A stretch of 64,000 bases of DNA, from NCBI RefSeq assembly GCF_964204645.1, contig NC_134027.1, positions 18,748,560 through 18,812,559 of the forward strand, read 5' to 3'. Position numbers and translations under genes: made by a program. Source of the stretch: Tubulanus polymorphus (taxonomy: Eukaryota > Animalia > Nemertea). The number at the start of each line of letters is the position of its first letter. Position 1 is the first letter of the stretch. Under the pieces are notes generated by a model that saw only the letters and a program-made list of their open reading frames with translations, ran no database searches and was not told where the DNA came from. This document shows, in pieces, positions 1 to 13,624 of this stretch.

Positions 1-765
1 TTTGGTTGTTGTTGCATTGATTCTCTGTAAATATATTTAAATCAGAAATCATAACCCCTGGATGGTAAATCTTACCTGATAGTTTGTTTAGTTTTTGTGA
101 TCTGAATATTCAACAAAGGATCCTGTGACTGAATTGGAAAAATTTCTTTCCCAGAGTTCATAGAAACAGTCAACAGTCATATTCGCAGATCATTTTCACA
201 TCTTTCATAATTTCTATGGTTCCATTGGTAGAGCATAATGCATTTAACTTTACTTTAGCTCCTGTAGGATAGTTTGGCTAAAGATTTCATCGAGATTCAA
301 ATTATTACAGGATTCATTGTGACACAGCAGATCCAAATACATGGCTATTTACTGCTACTTTGATAACTTTTTCACAACAAAATGAAGCCTGGCGCATATC
401 TATCAGGCAGCATTAGCAAGTTGCCTATCCCACAATTGGCCCTGTACTTAAGTGCAAATTTACGCGGACCAACTTCCAAAAAAATTAAAATTAGACTGTA
501 TACTTGAAACAATGAATATGGACTCATCTTAACTCAATAGGTTAATCTAACAAATGCTGTTATAATAATGAGACGTTAGGGGATTCTCAACACAAGAAAA
601 TCTTGAAACTAAGGTCAAGGAACTTCATACCCACTTAGTGGCCCTGAACGCTCGACAATCTCATACAGTTCCCTTGTATTCTTTTATATAATTTTGTATG
701 TATAATCGTGTTGTTATTCGAGGGATAATAAAGTTATTATTACTATTATTATCATTATTATTATT

Positions 766-1499
766 CAGGGATGAGAACGCCGACCTGTAAAATCCGCGGG
801 TTATTTTTCTTGAGTGACATACGCGAACCAGCTAACGGCGTAGCCGTCAGCACTAGCGAGCGCCGAAGGCGCGAAGCTATTTCGGGGGGGTTTGGGGGGC
901 CTCCCCCAAGAAAATTTTAGAAATTAAATACGTTTTCCGAGCACTTAGAGCGATCTCGAACCCATGAACGACTATTATATTTTGGAAGGTAATGGCTAGT
1001 TCCAATGTGGTACATCCTCATTTGATGACATTCAGCATCTCATGCATTACGGGTCGAGCCCTGAATTATTGCAGTAAAAATGCGCCGATGAATGCTCACT
1101 AAAAATCATCACCAAGTAGTGTATAATATCCGAAAGCGTTCGCCACACACACGCAGCAACAGTAAGTAGACCTATATACGTTACTACTGTTGCTGTGCGT
1201 GCGTGTCTGCAACCGATCGATAAAATACATACAAACTCATCGTAGTACAAATGTACATACAAAATCACTGTGTTGCAATGAATATGCATTGAAATGCGAT
1301 ACTTTTACGTGACGATAAGTAAAACAGGCACTGAACGCTTTTACGGTTCACCTGATTACCGATCGCGCCGGACCAATTGAGTGAGATCATCACCCCCCCC
1401 CCATACTTTTACATCATTTTTGGACTATTTGGAAAATTGATATTTTTCAATACTGAAATCCGCGGGAAACCGCGGATCCGCGGGGAATTCTCATCTCTG
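766..1499. mobile_element. hAT-like MITE
   Basis: TIR CAGGGATGAGAA / TTCTCATCTCTG, inserted in an (ATT)n tract, so the TSD is ambiguous. Confidence 0.55.
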
Positions 1500-2532
1500 A
1501 TTATTATCATGATCATCTATTTCAATATTCAATGCCCCCTATCAACATATACAGATATCAATGACCTTGAAACTTGACACATTTATAGAAAATGTCCTAA
1601 ACTATAATATTGCAATTGAATGTTGTAACAAAAAACGTAATTCCCAATATAAATGGAAGGACAACATAATTTCAACTTAAACCCCCTGGTGAAAATATCT
1701 AGCAGAAGCCAGTGGGCTTGAAAATATCAACAATTATCAAAAGCATCATGATCTAACACTTTGCTTATGATTGTGAAAAGGATATTTTCACAGGACCCAA
1801 TCAATCGATCAATTGAAATATTACATAAATTTCAAGATTCAACATATAACATTTTCACATAATTCATTGAAATTGTACTCATCTTTTAGTATTTCCAAAT
1901 TGATGATTGACATATGAAATGTTCTATATCAATTCGAACACCTACTTCCTTCTAAATAACAAAATACCAGCCATGCATATCCAGTGATTACAATTTGTGC
2001 AACCAAGAGCTAACAGAAAGTTACTCTTGGAACCATTCTATTAGGATTGAGAAAATCTGCGAAAGTGGCTGATTTTCCCAGACAACAATAGCAATGAGTC
2101 CAATTTGATTCTGATTGGGCCATTTCTGGCTGCAAATTCAGCTAGGGTTGATTAAAACAAGAGGTCCATGGACCTTGAGACTCCGTCGAGATTATCGGAA
2201 GTTCCAGTTTGGGAAAAGTAACAAGTACTAGGCAGGCTGGGTCAAAATAAATTGCCTATGGGCAAAGTGTGGTTTACCTTGAAAGCTAGAGGTTGTTTGG
2301 AATAAGAGCATTGCTTGAAAAATCTTTTTAATTCGTGACTTCAAAGTTCCACAAGTTTATATTGTATTTTATCTTTCTTAAAGAATTATTTTGTAGTCAA
2401 ATAAGACCAAAGATATACATTTGGTTACGGTCCACGTCCAAAATTTTGTAGGTAACAGGTAGGCGCGGCAGGGAAACTATTATATTTTCCAAAAAAATAT
2501 GTTTCACAACATGAAAAAAAATATTCAAATAA

Positions 2533-3093
2533 GGCCATCCCAAAATAATTGTCTGTTTGCCGTAACACCGACTCAACTTTTCAGGATGAGTCGGTAGGTA
2601 GGTAAAAATTTTTTGCAAAATTTTTGGGCAAAAAAAAAAAACAAATTTATCACCTTTTTTACACGGAAAAAATACCGCCAAAATCATCAATGTTGTGCAC
2701 GCGAAATTTGTCTAATAGCGTAGATTTCGAGAATTATTCTAAAATTATAACTTCGTCCAGAGCGTCATCTCCGTGTTAAAAATGAAACGGTACATTGAAT
2801 ATATGCGCGCTTTTTTCAGCTTTAATTTAGTCACTATGAGAAAGAATGGCAGCTTATTGGAACACTGCTAGTTTCCTGGAAAACTTAAATTAGGCCACAT
2901 GTCAAGGCATGTTTTCACACGATGCACACTTGAATTCAAATATACGTAGCTCATATGTCGGCAGTGGGTCGGTCGGTCGGTTGTTTTTATCAAAAATAAA
3001 ATTTATTTCAATGAATCCCAGAAAAATAGTTTTCACTCGGTACCTTTGAAGTCGGGTCGGTCGGGGTACGGCAAACAGACCTATGGGATGGCC
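2533..3093. mobile_element. PIF/Harbinger-like MITE
   Basis: TIR GGCCATCCCA..GTCTGTTTGCCGTA / TACGGCAAACAGAC..TGGGATGGCC; TAA on both sides. Confidence 0.7.
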
Positions 3094-5048
3094 TAAAATT
3101 CATATGATCTCACATATCAGATGGTGGCTGAATATTGGGACTTGGAAACCTCTTCCAATGTTGGCCACGGAAGTTAAAATACCGGTAAAGTCTGTTCACA
3201 ACGAGTTGACGTGCGGCTTTTTCTCCACATCAAAGAGCAGCTACTGCTGTGAGCTGTCAGATAGCTGCTACACAAATGATCCATCACTGATGTGCTGACC
3301 CACTGCAGCCCAGCGTCCACCAAGAGTGCATAACTACACACACACATAACTTGCATCTCCAACCACTCGGTTCTTTAATATTACACAAGTCAGTTTAAAA
3401 TGCAAATGATTTGGTTGACGAATTCATTATAAATACCAGCGATGATTCTTCGTCTGAATCAGATTCAAACTATATATGGATGCATCCGCAAAAGAGAGTG
3501 ACTGGATAGATTGGAGTTCAATCTGTGCCATCTTATTATCTAGATATAATATAGTGCCACTTCTCTATGAGTGAAAACCACGAAAATATCAGTTGTCTAA
3601 ATGCCTAGAGCTCAGTGAAAATATGTTACAAAAATATGTGACTTGACATGTGTTAAATCCAGATATATCTTCTTTCGTTGAATATTCTGTGAAATGAGCA
3701 AAATCCTCGAAAATTCTCTCCTTTCTAACAACTGCAACTATTTTATCTGGATCACTGCCAGGCCTTGCCATCCATCAACTCTACGTCATCATTCAATAAG
3801 AGTGTATAAAACAACAAGATAAACTTAAATTCTTCTATATTCCTAAGACTGCATGTCTTGTGAAATCTTGCTAGTTATTCACTCTTGCTGAATTTGTGTA
3901 CAAAACCATAGCAACAAACCACTTAACTGGCTCAGCATGCACCCCTGCAACACAGTTCACTACTGTAAACTGATACCCCTGTGGTCAAAAAGCCGCACGT
4001 CAACTCGTTGTGAATAGACTTTACAGAAGAAATCGGCTATTACTAGTAGATTGTTTTGAATCCTGGAATTTACGACTACAATATTCAGACCACGACCTAT
4101 ACTTGTAGTTTGCTGCTTAATATTTTCAGGTCACAAGAAATTCCAATTTATAACAAATTCTATCAAACAGCAAACACAGCGCTCATTTTCTACTACGATT
4201 ATTCAGCCTATTTTCATCTCTAACGTGCACGCGTTACAGCATCACCTTTAGTAGTGTACTGTACGAGCTTGTGTGTGTGTCGTGCAGCACTCCGCGGGCA
4301 CGTGGAGGCCTCATGTAAGTGAATGTTCGCCTACACTTCAATGTCAATAAAAACGATCACAAATGAAACAATACCTATGGCGGATGTGTGAAATAATTAC
4401 ATCCTAACCAGCAAAGAGCATTTGAAATTTTCACGTATACGGCACCTAGTCCAATAAAACGTACGTCATTCTATGGTTTCCCCATGATTATTTTAGTAGC
4501 GCCTGAATTCCCCGTATATCCCAAAAACAGCCAATCCCATTCGCTTGTAGAGACGACGCCCCACAATCGAGGTAATTGCAATTTTATACCTGAGGGCTAA
4601 GAATTTTCCCGCCAAGAACAGTTTTTCAGCACTTGTGCTGAAATGTAATTTAGAATTTAATACTATCTTAATTTCAAAAGTTATGCTTGTTTTCTGGGTT
4701 CATTTTCTCAAAGATCCGCATGAGCTGAAACTTTCCATTAGTAATTCCTTTGGAGGTTTATGTTTGATGTTCTTTGCAACCATTCCAGTTTCAAACTGCA
4801 CATCGATGAATACCTCTCAAAAGCAGATAGACTAATAACAGCCACAGCAATAAATCCGAAGAAGGCAAAAAATGATTGTCCAACTTATTCAAACTTTATT
4901 GAAAATAGTTTCAAAAATATTGCAATATAAAATCTTTCAATGAAAAATTAACATTACATAAATATTCTTTGTCATTACAAACACAGCTATAAATGTAATG
5001 ATATAGGTAAAATATTTGAGCAATTTTACTTTAGGGCATGTTTAAGAA

Positions 5049-6060
5049 ACTAGGGGTCCAGGGACACCATGCCCAATTAGGAAGTGGTTTCAAATGCTCA
5101 ACAATCTAACACTTTCAATATTCAACGCCCCCTGGCAACCATATACAAAAACCAATGACCTTGAAACTCACCAAAAATATAGAATATGTCAGCAGCTATG
5201 ATTTTTTAATTGATTGTGATAGCAAAATATGCCTCGCTACCAATTTAACATGGAAACACTAAGTTATTCTACTCTGCAACGCCCCCTGGTGACCATATGC
5301 AAAACCTAATGACCTTGAAACCTCACCACAATCATAGACCATGTCATGAACTACAACTTTGTAATTGATCATGGTAACAAAAATATGCCTAGGTACCAAT
5401 CTAATAAGGAAATACTAAGTTATTGTACTATTCAATGCCCCCTGGAGACCACATAAAATAACTTATGTCCTTAAAACTCACCACAATCATAAACGATGTC
5501 ATGAGCTACAACTTCGCAATTGATTGTGGTAACAAAATATGCATTGGTACAAATATAATATAGAAATACTAAGATATATTATTCAACGCCCCCTGGTGGC
5601 CATATACAAAAGCTAATGACCTTGAAACTCACCACAATCATAGAACACCTTATACGCTACAACTTTCTAATTCAGTGCGCTAACAAAATATGCTTAGGTA
5701 TCAATATAATGTCCAAAAAATTTTCCCACCTACGAATGAGTACCGATAACACCAAGACGGCCGCCAATTGCGTCATAATTAAAAATACCTGATCAAAAAT
5801 ACCTAACTCAGGTATAAAACATCCCTTTCCAAAGAATACCCATCAGCAATTGCAATGAGAAATGGCAAACCAGTAGGAAGCTACAGGAGTCAGAATTCGG
5901 GCCAAAATTGACATTTTTAGGCACTAAAAAGGTCATAGGATGGCCATTTTGAGTCCGATCAACCCAATTTTTTTTTATGCTTATGGGCCCTGGGGGGATT
6001 CAAATATATACGAAAGATCAAGGTAATTGATCAAGGTGTCTTCAAAATTTTCCTCAAAAA
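5049..6060 (+). mobile_element. HINE/Helentron-like non-autonomous element, 3'-truncated, four ~154-bp repeats
   Basis: Start ACTAGGGGTCCAGGGACACC; repeat units near 5121, 5275, 5431 and 5582. Confidence 0.65.
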
Positions 6061-6176
6061 GTTCAATAAAGGACCCTGGGTCCAGTAGGATCAACTGAGT
6101 ACGTTTTAGTTTTGAGAACAAAAATTGATTTGTTCTTGGATTTGCAAATACGTATAAACAGCTGACAAAGATGAAA

Positions 6177-7432
6177 TTAGGGGTCCAGGGACACCAAACC
6201 CACTTGGGAAGTGGTTTCAAATGCTCAACAATCTAACACTTTCAATATTCAACGCCCCTGGTGACCATATACAAAAACCAATGACCTTGAAACTCACCAA
6301 AAATATAGAATATGTCAGCAGCTATGATTTTTTAATTGATTGTGATAGCAAAATATGCCTCGCTACCAATTAAACATGGAAATACTAAGTTATTCTACTA
6401 TGCAACGCCCCCTGGTGACCATATGCAAAACCAAATGACCTTGAAACTCATCACAATCATAGAACATGTCATGCCCTACAACTTTGCAATTGATCATGGT
6501 AACAAAATATGCCTTGGTACCAATCTAATAGGGAAATACTAAGTTATTGTACTATTCAACGCCGCCTAGTGACCATATAGAATAATTTATGTCCTTAAAA
6601 CTCACCACAATCATAGACAATGTCATGAGCTACAACTTTGCAATTGATTGTGGCAACAAAATATGCATAGGTACGAACATAATATAGAAATATTAAGTTA
6701 TTGTATTATTCAAATATTCTGGTGGCCATATACAAAAACCAATGACCTTGAATCTCACCAAAATCATAGAACACGTTATGGGCAACAACTTTCAAATTGA
6801 TTGTGGTAACAAATTATGCTTAGGTATTAATATAATGTGGAAATACTTTTTTCCACACCTACGAATGAGTACTGATGACACCAAGATGTTCGCCAATTGC
6901 GCCATAATTGGCTGATCAAAAATACCTGTCTCAGGTATAAAACTTCCCTTTCCAAAGAATACCCATCAAAAATTGCAATGAGAAATGGCAAACTAGTAGG
7001 AAGCTACAGGACTCAGAATTCCGGCCTAAATTGACATTTTTGGGCACTAAAAAAGGTCATCGGACGGCCATCTTGAGTCCGATCGACCCAATTTTTCTTA
7101 TGCTGATGGGCCCTTGGGAGATTCAAATATATACAAAAGAACAAGGTAATCGATCGAAGCGTCTTCAAAATTTCCCTCAAAAATGTGTAAAAAGTGCTGA
7201 TTTTGGCGAACAACAATGGCTGCCAGTCGGCCATCTTGATTCTGACAGGGCCAGCTTTTGGGCTGAAGATGTGTCTAGGGTAGATACATGTGTAACTTAA
7301 ATATCAAGACATTACATTGAAGCGTCTTCAAAACTTCCTAAAATAACTGGATTCCGTCTACGGACGGACGGACGACGGACGAAATGTGAACGCAATAGCC
7401 CGCTTGGGCTAAAGTCCCAAGTGGGCTAAAAA
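6177..7432 (+). mobile_element. HINE/Helentron-like non-autonomous element, apparently complete
   Basis: Four ~154-bp units, GACG microsatellite at ~7360-7381, terminal stem-loop AGCCCGCTTGGG-CTAAAGT-CCCAAGTGGGCT followed by an A-run. This is DINE-1/HINE-type architecture. Confidence 0.7.
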
Positions 7433-8495
7433 TGAACGAAAGACGGAGGAATTCGTTAAAATTGGGTTTGGCCATTTTGAAATTTAAAAAACTTGGAATT
7501 CCGCCAAAAATCGGAGAATTTTTATCTCTGCAGATAGGATATGCCTTTACTCTCTTGCATCCTCGCTTACCAGGGGTCCAGTATCACTCCCCGAACTCGC
7601 ATCCACCAGCTGTTCGCTGTTTGGTCCATTTAACGGGAAATCCAACAGAAGCCTTATATCATTTGTTAAAAGCGTTGTAATTGGTACGACCGGATTCTGG
7701 TCAGCTAGTAACGATTCCAACGACTCGTGAGGTCCAGGGGAGTAATGATTTTAAAGCTATTCCAAGGAAAGCGGTGTTTGCTGTAGTATAGACGAATAGA
7801 AACCAATGTCTAGTATAGATAGGGATTGTACGTATTATTCAACATCCGACTGAAAAAATCTGAAACAATAAAAAACGTACCAATTTAAATTTTGGCAGAT
7901 GGTTTCGCCCGGCCAAGCCATTTTCATTCTTCCCCCAACCCCATGGAAGTCTACGACAACTATCACAATAACTTGCCCCCGTCCCATATTGAAATGACAG
8001 AAATACTGAAAAAAAACTCACCTAAGCATGGATCTCGAAACAGAGATTGAGAACAATGAATATGAATAAAAAATGGAAATATTTTACTCATTTTATGGTT
8101 ACATAGGCCCATACGCCGCTGAGAGCAGATCGTCTCCCAAGGCGAAATATAGGATTTGATAATTAATAATTATTAGAAGGGCACACAAATGCCGTTGAAA
8201 ATAAATCACATGCAAATAAAAATTACGCTGGATGCTTTGATATCGATACAATGTAGCTCCGTTACACAAAAGCCTAGGTTAATGATGGTTTGCTGCTAGA
8301 TAAATCAACAGAAAGCACCAGCTCATGTCACAGTTGTTTACTTTTTCTAAGAATTTTGCGGGCTTAAGACATTGACAGAATAAATCAGTCAGAATTCCAT
8401 CAACATTGGACCCAGCATTGCCATGCTTAACTGGGTTCTTACACTGCATTAGATAATTCTATCATATTCAGCTAAAAAAGATGAACTTCACATAC

Positions 8496-8553
8496 CCAAG
8501 ACGTCAAAATGGCACAATGGCCTGTATCCCGTGCTATTTCTTGTTCATCTAAA
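8496..8553 (-). CDS. Possible further exon (LDEQEIARDTGHCAILTSW)
   Basis: caactag|...|gtatgt, 58 nt, phase 2/0 fits the preceding exon, but no recognisable motif. Confidence 0.35.
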
Positions 8554-8904
8554 CTAGTTGTTTGGGGAATACCCCCACCTGCTGAGGGTATTCCCTAAAT
8601 ACCAAATCAGAGCACAGCCTTCTCATAACGACGACATACGACGAAGTAAAAAATAAACCGAGTATCAAGACCATAAATCAAAGCGCATCAAAAACTTCCC
8701 AAGAAAACTAGATTCTATGTATAGATGGACATTGACAGACGATAAGCAGACTTTAAGCTAAAATTTATAGCCATTCAAGGTCTTGAAATCACTTTTTTTT
8801 CAACTGCAATTCCCTGCTTTTAATGATAATGAACCCTGTGATGGTGGTATAAAAAAAACCAGCGCTTGAAATATATCCAAATTCTAAATATTTCTCATAA
8901 TTAC

Positions 8905-9082
8905 AGCTTATTGGCTTCTTCATCGCTGTCTTCATAATCTTGCGCAAATGAATCATTCAATTTCGATTCAAATGAATCATTTGATTTAATTTGAAATTCT
9001 TCTTGTGAATAGATCGTGTCAGCTTGTCTACGTAATGTTTCCATCGCCTCAGTTACAGCAGTTTCATCCTCAGAATCACCTC
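8905..9082 (-). CDS. CFAP20DC: CFAP20DC-like exon (GGDSEDETAVTEAMETLRRQADTIYSQEE...DEEANK)
   Basis: Acceptor gattttag, phase 1 matching the upstream exon. Probable donor gtaatt (phase 2); otherwise the frame ends at the TAA at 8901. Confidence 0.7.
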
Positions 9083-9952
9083 CTAAAATCAACCAATAGC
9101 AAATGAAAAATGTTAATTCAGATAAGAGTGAGAGGTTAAAGCAGTCGAATCTGATATCCTAGTTCTGGGGTTTCAAGCCAATACTATGCCAAGCCTGGTT
9201 GAGACACTTATCCCCCTTGCCTCTAGCCAGCTAGAAGGAAGTGAGTAGACCGTGTGAAAGTAGCTCGGCTGTTAATTCTGTAGAGACAACTTACACACAG
9301 TTGGCAATAGAGGCCAGGACTTGTAATATCAAAGCAAAAGTTTCAACGATCACATTTTTGTGGATATTGCTACTTGAAATTATCATCTTTAGACAGTTAA
9401 CCAAGCATGTTTGATAAATGCTCAGAGGATAAGTCTAAAGAGTTGAAAACTTGCCTAATTTGTAGCATAAAACCACTTCATGCTTAGATGACAACTTATC
9501 CCTATCAGTGCTGACAAATTATTACCCTACTGCGCTGGAGATTGCACAATGTGCTGGAATTTGAACATATTTGAAAATCTAGTATGTTGCATCACAGGCA
9601 GACTGCAAAGTGCATCTACACTGCATTGTGGTAGGCCTATATCGTAACTTACGAATATTTCAAAAGGTGTGAATGCTGCTGTCTTTCAATAAAAATTATA
9701 ACTGCTTAATGATTACATTGTATATCGATTGACCATCATGTAATGTACATGTATTAGCAAAATCCATTACAGAGTAGTGTAATCAACAAAAAGCTTAAAA
9801 ATCCGACTTCATAAGTGGTATTTTCTCTTAGCCAGGGAAAAATCTTCTAGACCCAAAACATCCAACTTATATCTGGTTTACTGTACCATGCTGTCTAGAA
9901 ATATGGCAGAATTGCTGATGTAGACTTTTTGAACAGGTATGAAAATGATTAC

Positions 9953-10126
9953 CAGTACCTGCTTTATTCAATTTGTCACGACTTTTAATACGATGCCTTC
10001 GCCTTAGTTTGTCATCAGGTTGAAACGAAGGGGGGTGAGGAACTACTGTCGCTTCAGATGATACACTCCAAATCTTTTCTTCTATAATAGAACCTGTACT
10101 AGAATTACATGCAATACCTTTAGAGT
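9953..10126 (-). CDS. CFAP20DC: CFAP20DC-like exon (DSKGIAC...VVPHPPSFQPDDKLRRRHRIKSRDKLNKAGT)
   Basis: Strong acceptor ttttttttcag; donor gtaatc (an alternative in-phase donor would end the exon at 9959); phase 1/1. PHPP...DK..RRR.R.KS motif. Confidence 0.78.
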
Positions 10127-11966
10127 CTGAAAAAAAACTAGTCAATGATCAGGTTTTACGTTGAGTTGGCATCATATGTATATGTTGAATACTCCATTGT
10201 AAGAAGCGTAAAGAGCAAAAATGAAAATAGATGGCTCCCAATTGATAGCCCGATACAACTTACAATTAGAGCAAATGGATGTCAAAACGGCATATTTATA
10301 TGCACCCAATAGACTGTGAAATATTTTTAGAACAACCTGAAGGTTTCTGTCTAAAATCCCCGGATGGCAATAAGTTAAATAAAGAAAACTCTGTACGAAT
10401 AAAGCGGTAGGAATTGAAATATAGTGTTACACAAACAACTGGAAAAACATGGGTTCAAACGAAATCAAGTTGATCAATGTTTGTAAATTATGTATGTAGG
10501 AATTGAAATGGTTATTCTCTTAGTTTGGGGAGATGATGTAATCCTGACACCAAGTAGCAACGAATTGATGTTAAAGACCAAACAGGTGTTAAGTAACAGC
10601 TTCAACAACAAGGACGTAGGAAAACTATCCTGGTTCTTGGAAACCCAGAAAAACACAATCTAAACAACAATCAAAATTCAATGAAAATTCAGAGAAATCT
10701 GATATAAAGAAACATAGAGAGTGAGTAGGTAGACTGATATACATCACGACGTGCACCGATTGACAATAGAAAAACCAATAGGGATTATTGTTTTACTTTA
10801 TCGGTAGTGAATTATTATCCTGGAAATCCAGGAAACAGCCAACAGTTGCGCTGTCACGCCTCTATTTGAAAGCCTTTCATGAAATATCTTGATTATTAAC
10901 ATATGTATACCACAGTTCCCATTTACAGTCAAACCTGCGTAAGTCGTCATCGAATTAGTCGTATCATCCCATCTCTCGTATAATCATTTTGGTTCCCTTT
11001 TTTTTCTTATTTTAACCTAATATATTCCTCGTATTTTCACGTAAGTCGTATCAAATTTAGAAGCCAAATCCTTTGATCAATTCAAAATACCTCACATAAG
11101 TCGAAGCCGAATATGCCGGCAACAGATACAATTAATACGCTACTATATTTCCGTGTAGGTGTTTTCTTGTGACGTTGTCTGCGTGGTGCACATGCAGCTC
11201 TAATTGATTGATTGAGAGTGAATTTCAGATCTGCACTGTCAGCTCAGAATACGACCGGGAAAATGACAAACCATGCTGGAATCAGTGCGTCGTATATATT
11301 GTATTTTCAAGGGTTATTCGCGGAATTCGTATAAAACTACGACTTTATAGCCGGGATGATAGCAGAGGATTATTAGGCTAACTAGTGTTGGCTAAGCCAG
11401 CAACCGCGAGCACCGAAGGTGTGTCGCCCCTAAGGGGGAGGGGGGATTTGGGGTAAATAGTTGAGTCCCAAGAGGAGCCCCTATCTATCACTCAATACTA
11501 TCGCACTGTGTCTGAATTTGAACAATGACTACTTTTATTGAGCACATAAGCTATGCTTTGTTGGATGAATTGAGGCGTGTGACCGCAGATTCTAAATTCT
11601 CAAGATTTCCTGCCCACTCCATTACATGCATATATATCATTGATCTGTGTGGGTCTAGACAACAGCAATCAATCATCAAAGGCAAACACATTGACATCAG
11701 ATAGCCTTTTATCAGAGTTGAACAATTGCAAAATAGGAATTGTGTACTGTCCAACAAATAAAATGATTCTTTTGAGATTTTATGATCATCAGTGAACTTG
11801 TTTTGTATACTATTTGTATACTACTTTTGTTCTACTAGAATGTAGAAACAGAATTTTGATAAGAAAATTTGCATGTGGTTGAAAAAAAATGAAAGATATG
11901 TAAAATGGATACATGATAAATAAAATTCTGTCAATCAAGAATCGTGTAGGGGTGTTGAATTATGCT

Positions 11967-12129
11967 TCCGATTTCCAGATGGGTGGTCTTAAGTTACGAT
12001 GTACAATACATGTATCTATTTTTAGTACTTAGTACAATAAAGTTCAGTCAAATCCGATTTCCAGATGGGTATGCTCAAGTTACGATGTACAATACATGTA
12101 TCTATTTTTAGTACTAAGGACAATAAAGG
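11967..12129. repeat. Tandem duplication with an 86-bp period
   Basis: TCCGATTTCCAGATGGGT...ACAATAAAG occurs twice. Confidence 0.9.
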
Positions 12130-13268
12130 ACTGGAGCTTCAGACAGTGGTAGGGAGGAACAAATACGTTTCGGTTTGTATTACCTTAAATTTTAGAGTGA
12201 GATATGGCCGGTTATAGTTCAAAAAGATCGACAGACCAATGTGTATCACTTTCGAAGACTTTTTAATAATAATTGGACAGACAACTCAAAGAAAATCTAT
12301 GATGAAGTTTATTTCATTCAAAAAACTTATTTTACTGTATGAAAAACGCACGTATTCATAAAAGGGCACGGCAATATGAGCATATGCTGTCACTGTCTCG
12401 TATGCAGTGTGAATCACTAGTGATCTACCAGCGCGCGCTTGCCTCACTGATATGGCTAGACGCCGACTGTTGCTACGCAATACGTCTGCAGTAAATGAAT
12501 AAACGCACGACACACTGCCATAGAACTCGGCGATGATTTCGGTGTAACTAAAAGATAGAGCTTTCAAGGACATTGTCTGCCAACTTATTCAAATTCAGAC
12601 TCCCACTGACGTTAGTAATAGGGATAATAGGCTTTCAAGCCAAAGGTCGAACGGTCGAGCTCGTAAAAAATGAAAAAACATAAAAATAATAACAATTTCT
12701 ACTTGAATTACTCGCAAAACTCATAAAAATGAAAAATAAATTCTCACACGCTCGAATTTATTTTTCATTTTCTACTCACTAGAAGAAAGTGTGAGTAAAG
12801 TGTGAGTGAAATAGTTTATATTTTAAACATATTTCGAGTAAAAATATTTGTATGAGTTAGATTTTTAAACATTAAAAGTGTGAGTAAAGTGTGAGTGAAA
12901 TAAATCATAAATCATTGAATATTTATATGTGTTGGATTCATTTTAATAAAAGTTTTGTTATTAAAATGAAGACAGAAGAAGAAGAACCCAACTTTAAAAT
13001 CGAAATAAAAGAAACCAATAAATTATTTTCACAGTTTAACATTAAAAATTACAATTTTTGGAACTAAAATTTGTATTTCCGAGTAGTACTTACCCTTTCC
13101 TATGGTTTTTGCCAATATTTTCTAAATTTGGATTTATCGCCAATGGTTTTTCTATACGACCCGGCCCTGCGGTATTGCATTTAGCCACCGGCGAAATCCG
13201 CCATCTTTTTTCGTCATAGCAGACCAAAAAAAAAAACAGCTATGCGGGGCAGGTGGGCGGGATTCCCA

Positions 13269-13365
13269 CCATAGGAAAGGGTAAGTACTACTCGGAAATA
13301 CAAATTTTAGTTCCAAAAATTGTAATATTTCCGTCGAGTACTGTACCCTTTCCTATGGTTTTTGC
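13269..13365. repeat. DIRS internal complementary region (ICR), copy 1
   Basis: Reverse complement reads ...CTCGACGGAAAT-ATTA-CAATTTTTGGAAC..., i.e. the two element ends joined. Confidence 0.93.
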
Positions 13366-13624
13366 TAGACTAGCCTAGCACAAGGATGGTGGGAAAGGTA
13401 GATAGAAAAACCACCGCTCAAACGCAAGGTAAGAGGGAAAAAGAGAGCACTTACCCAAGCACGGAATGGAGCACTGTAGCACAGGGAAGACCGGTTGGCC
13501 ACAGTGAGTCCGTCCAGCTCAGGGGCCCCCCCCAGAATTTTGCGAAATTAATACTTGCAGATATGAGCCCAAACTATGTACAAGGATACACCCCCTGTGA
13601 TCCTGATAATGCTACATAAATATT

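Noticed and set aside
76-470. Possible downstream exon with a good donor (CAG|gtaaga) near position 76
   Set aside because: The frames I translated hit stops and no convincing acceptor or motif was found.
3400-3960. Coding-looking minus-strand stretch (ORF 3589-3771)
   Set aside because: No splice-compatible boundaries or recognisable domain.
12605-12613. 9-bp TSD ACTGACGTT
   Set aside because: On the right side the ACT belongs to the terminal inverted repeat (complement of the left AGT), leaving a 6-bp duplication.
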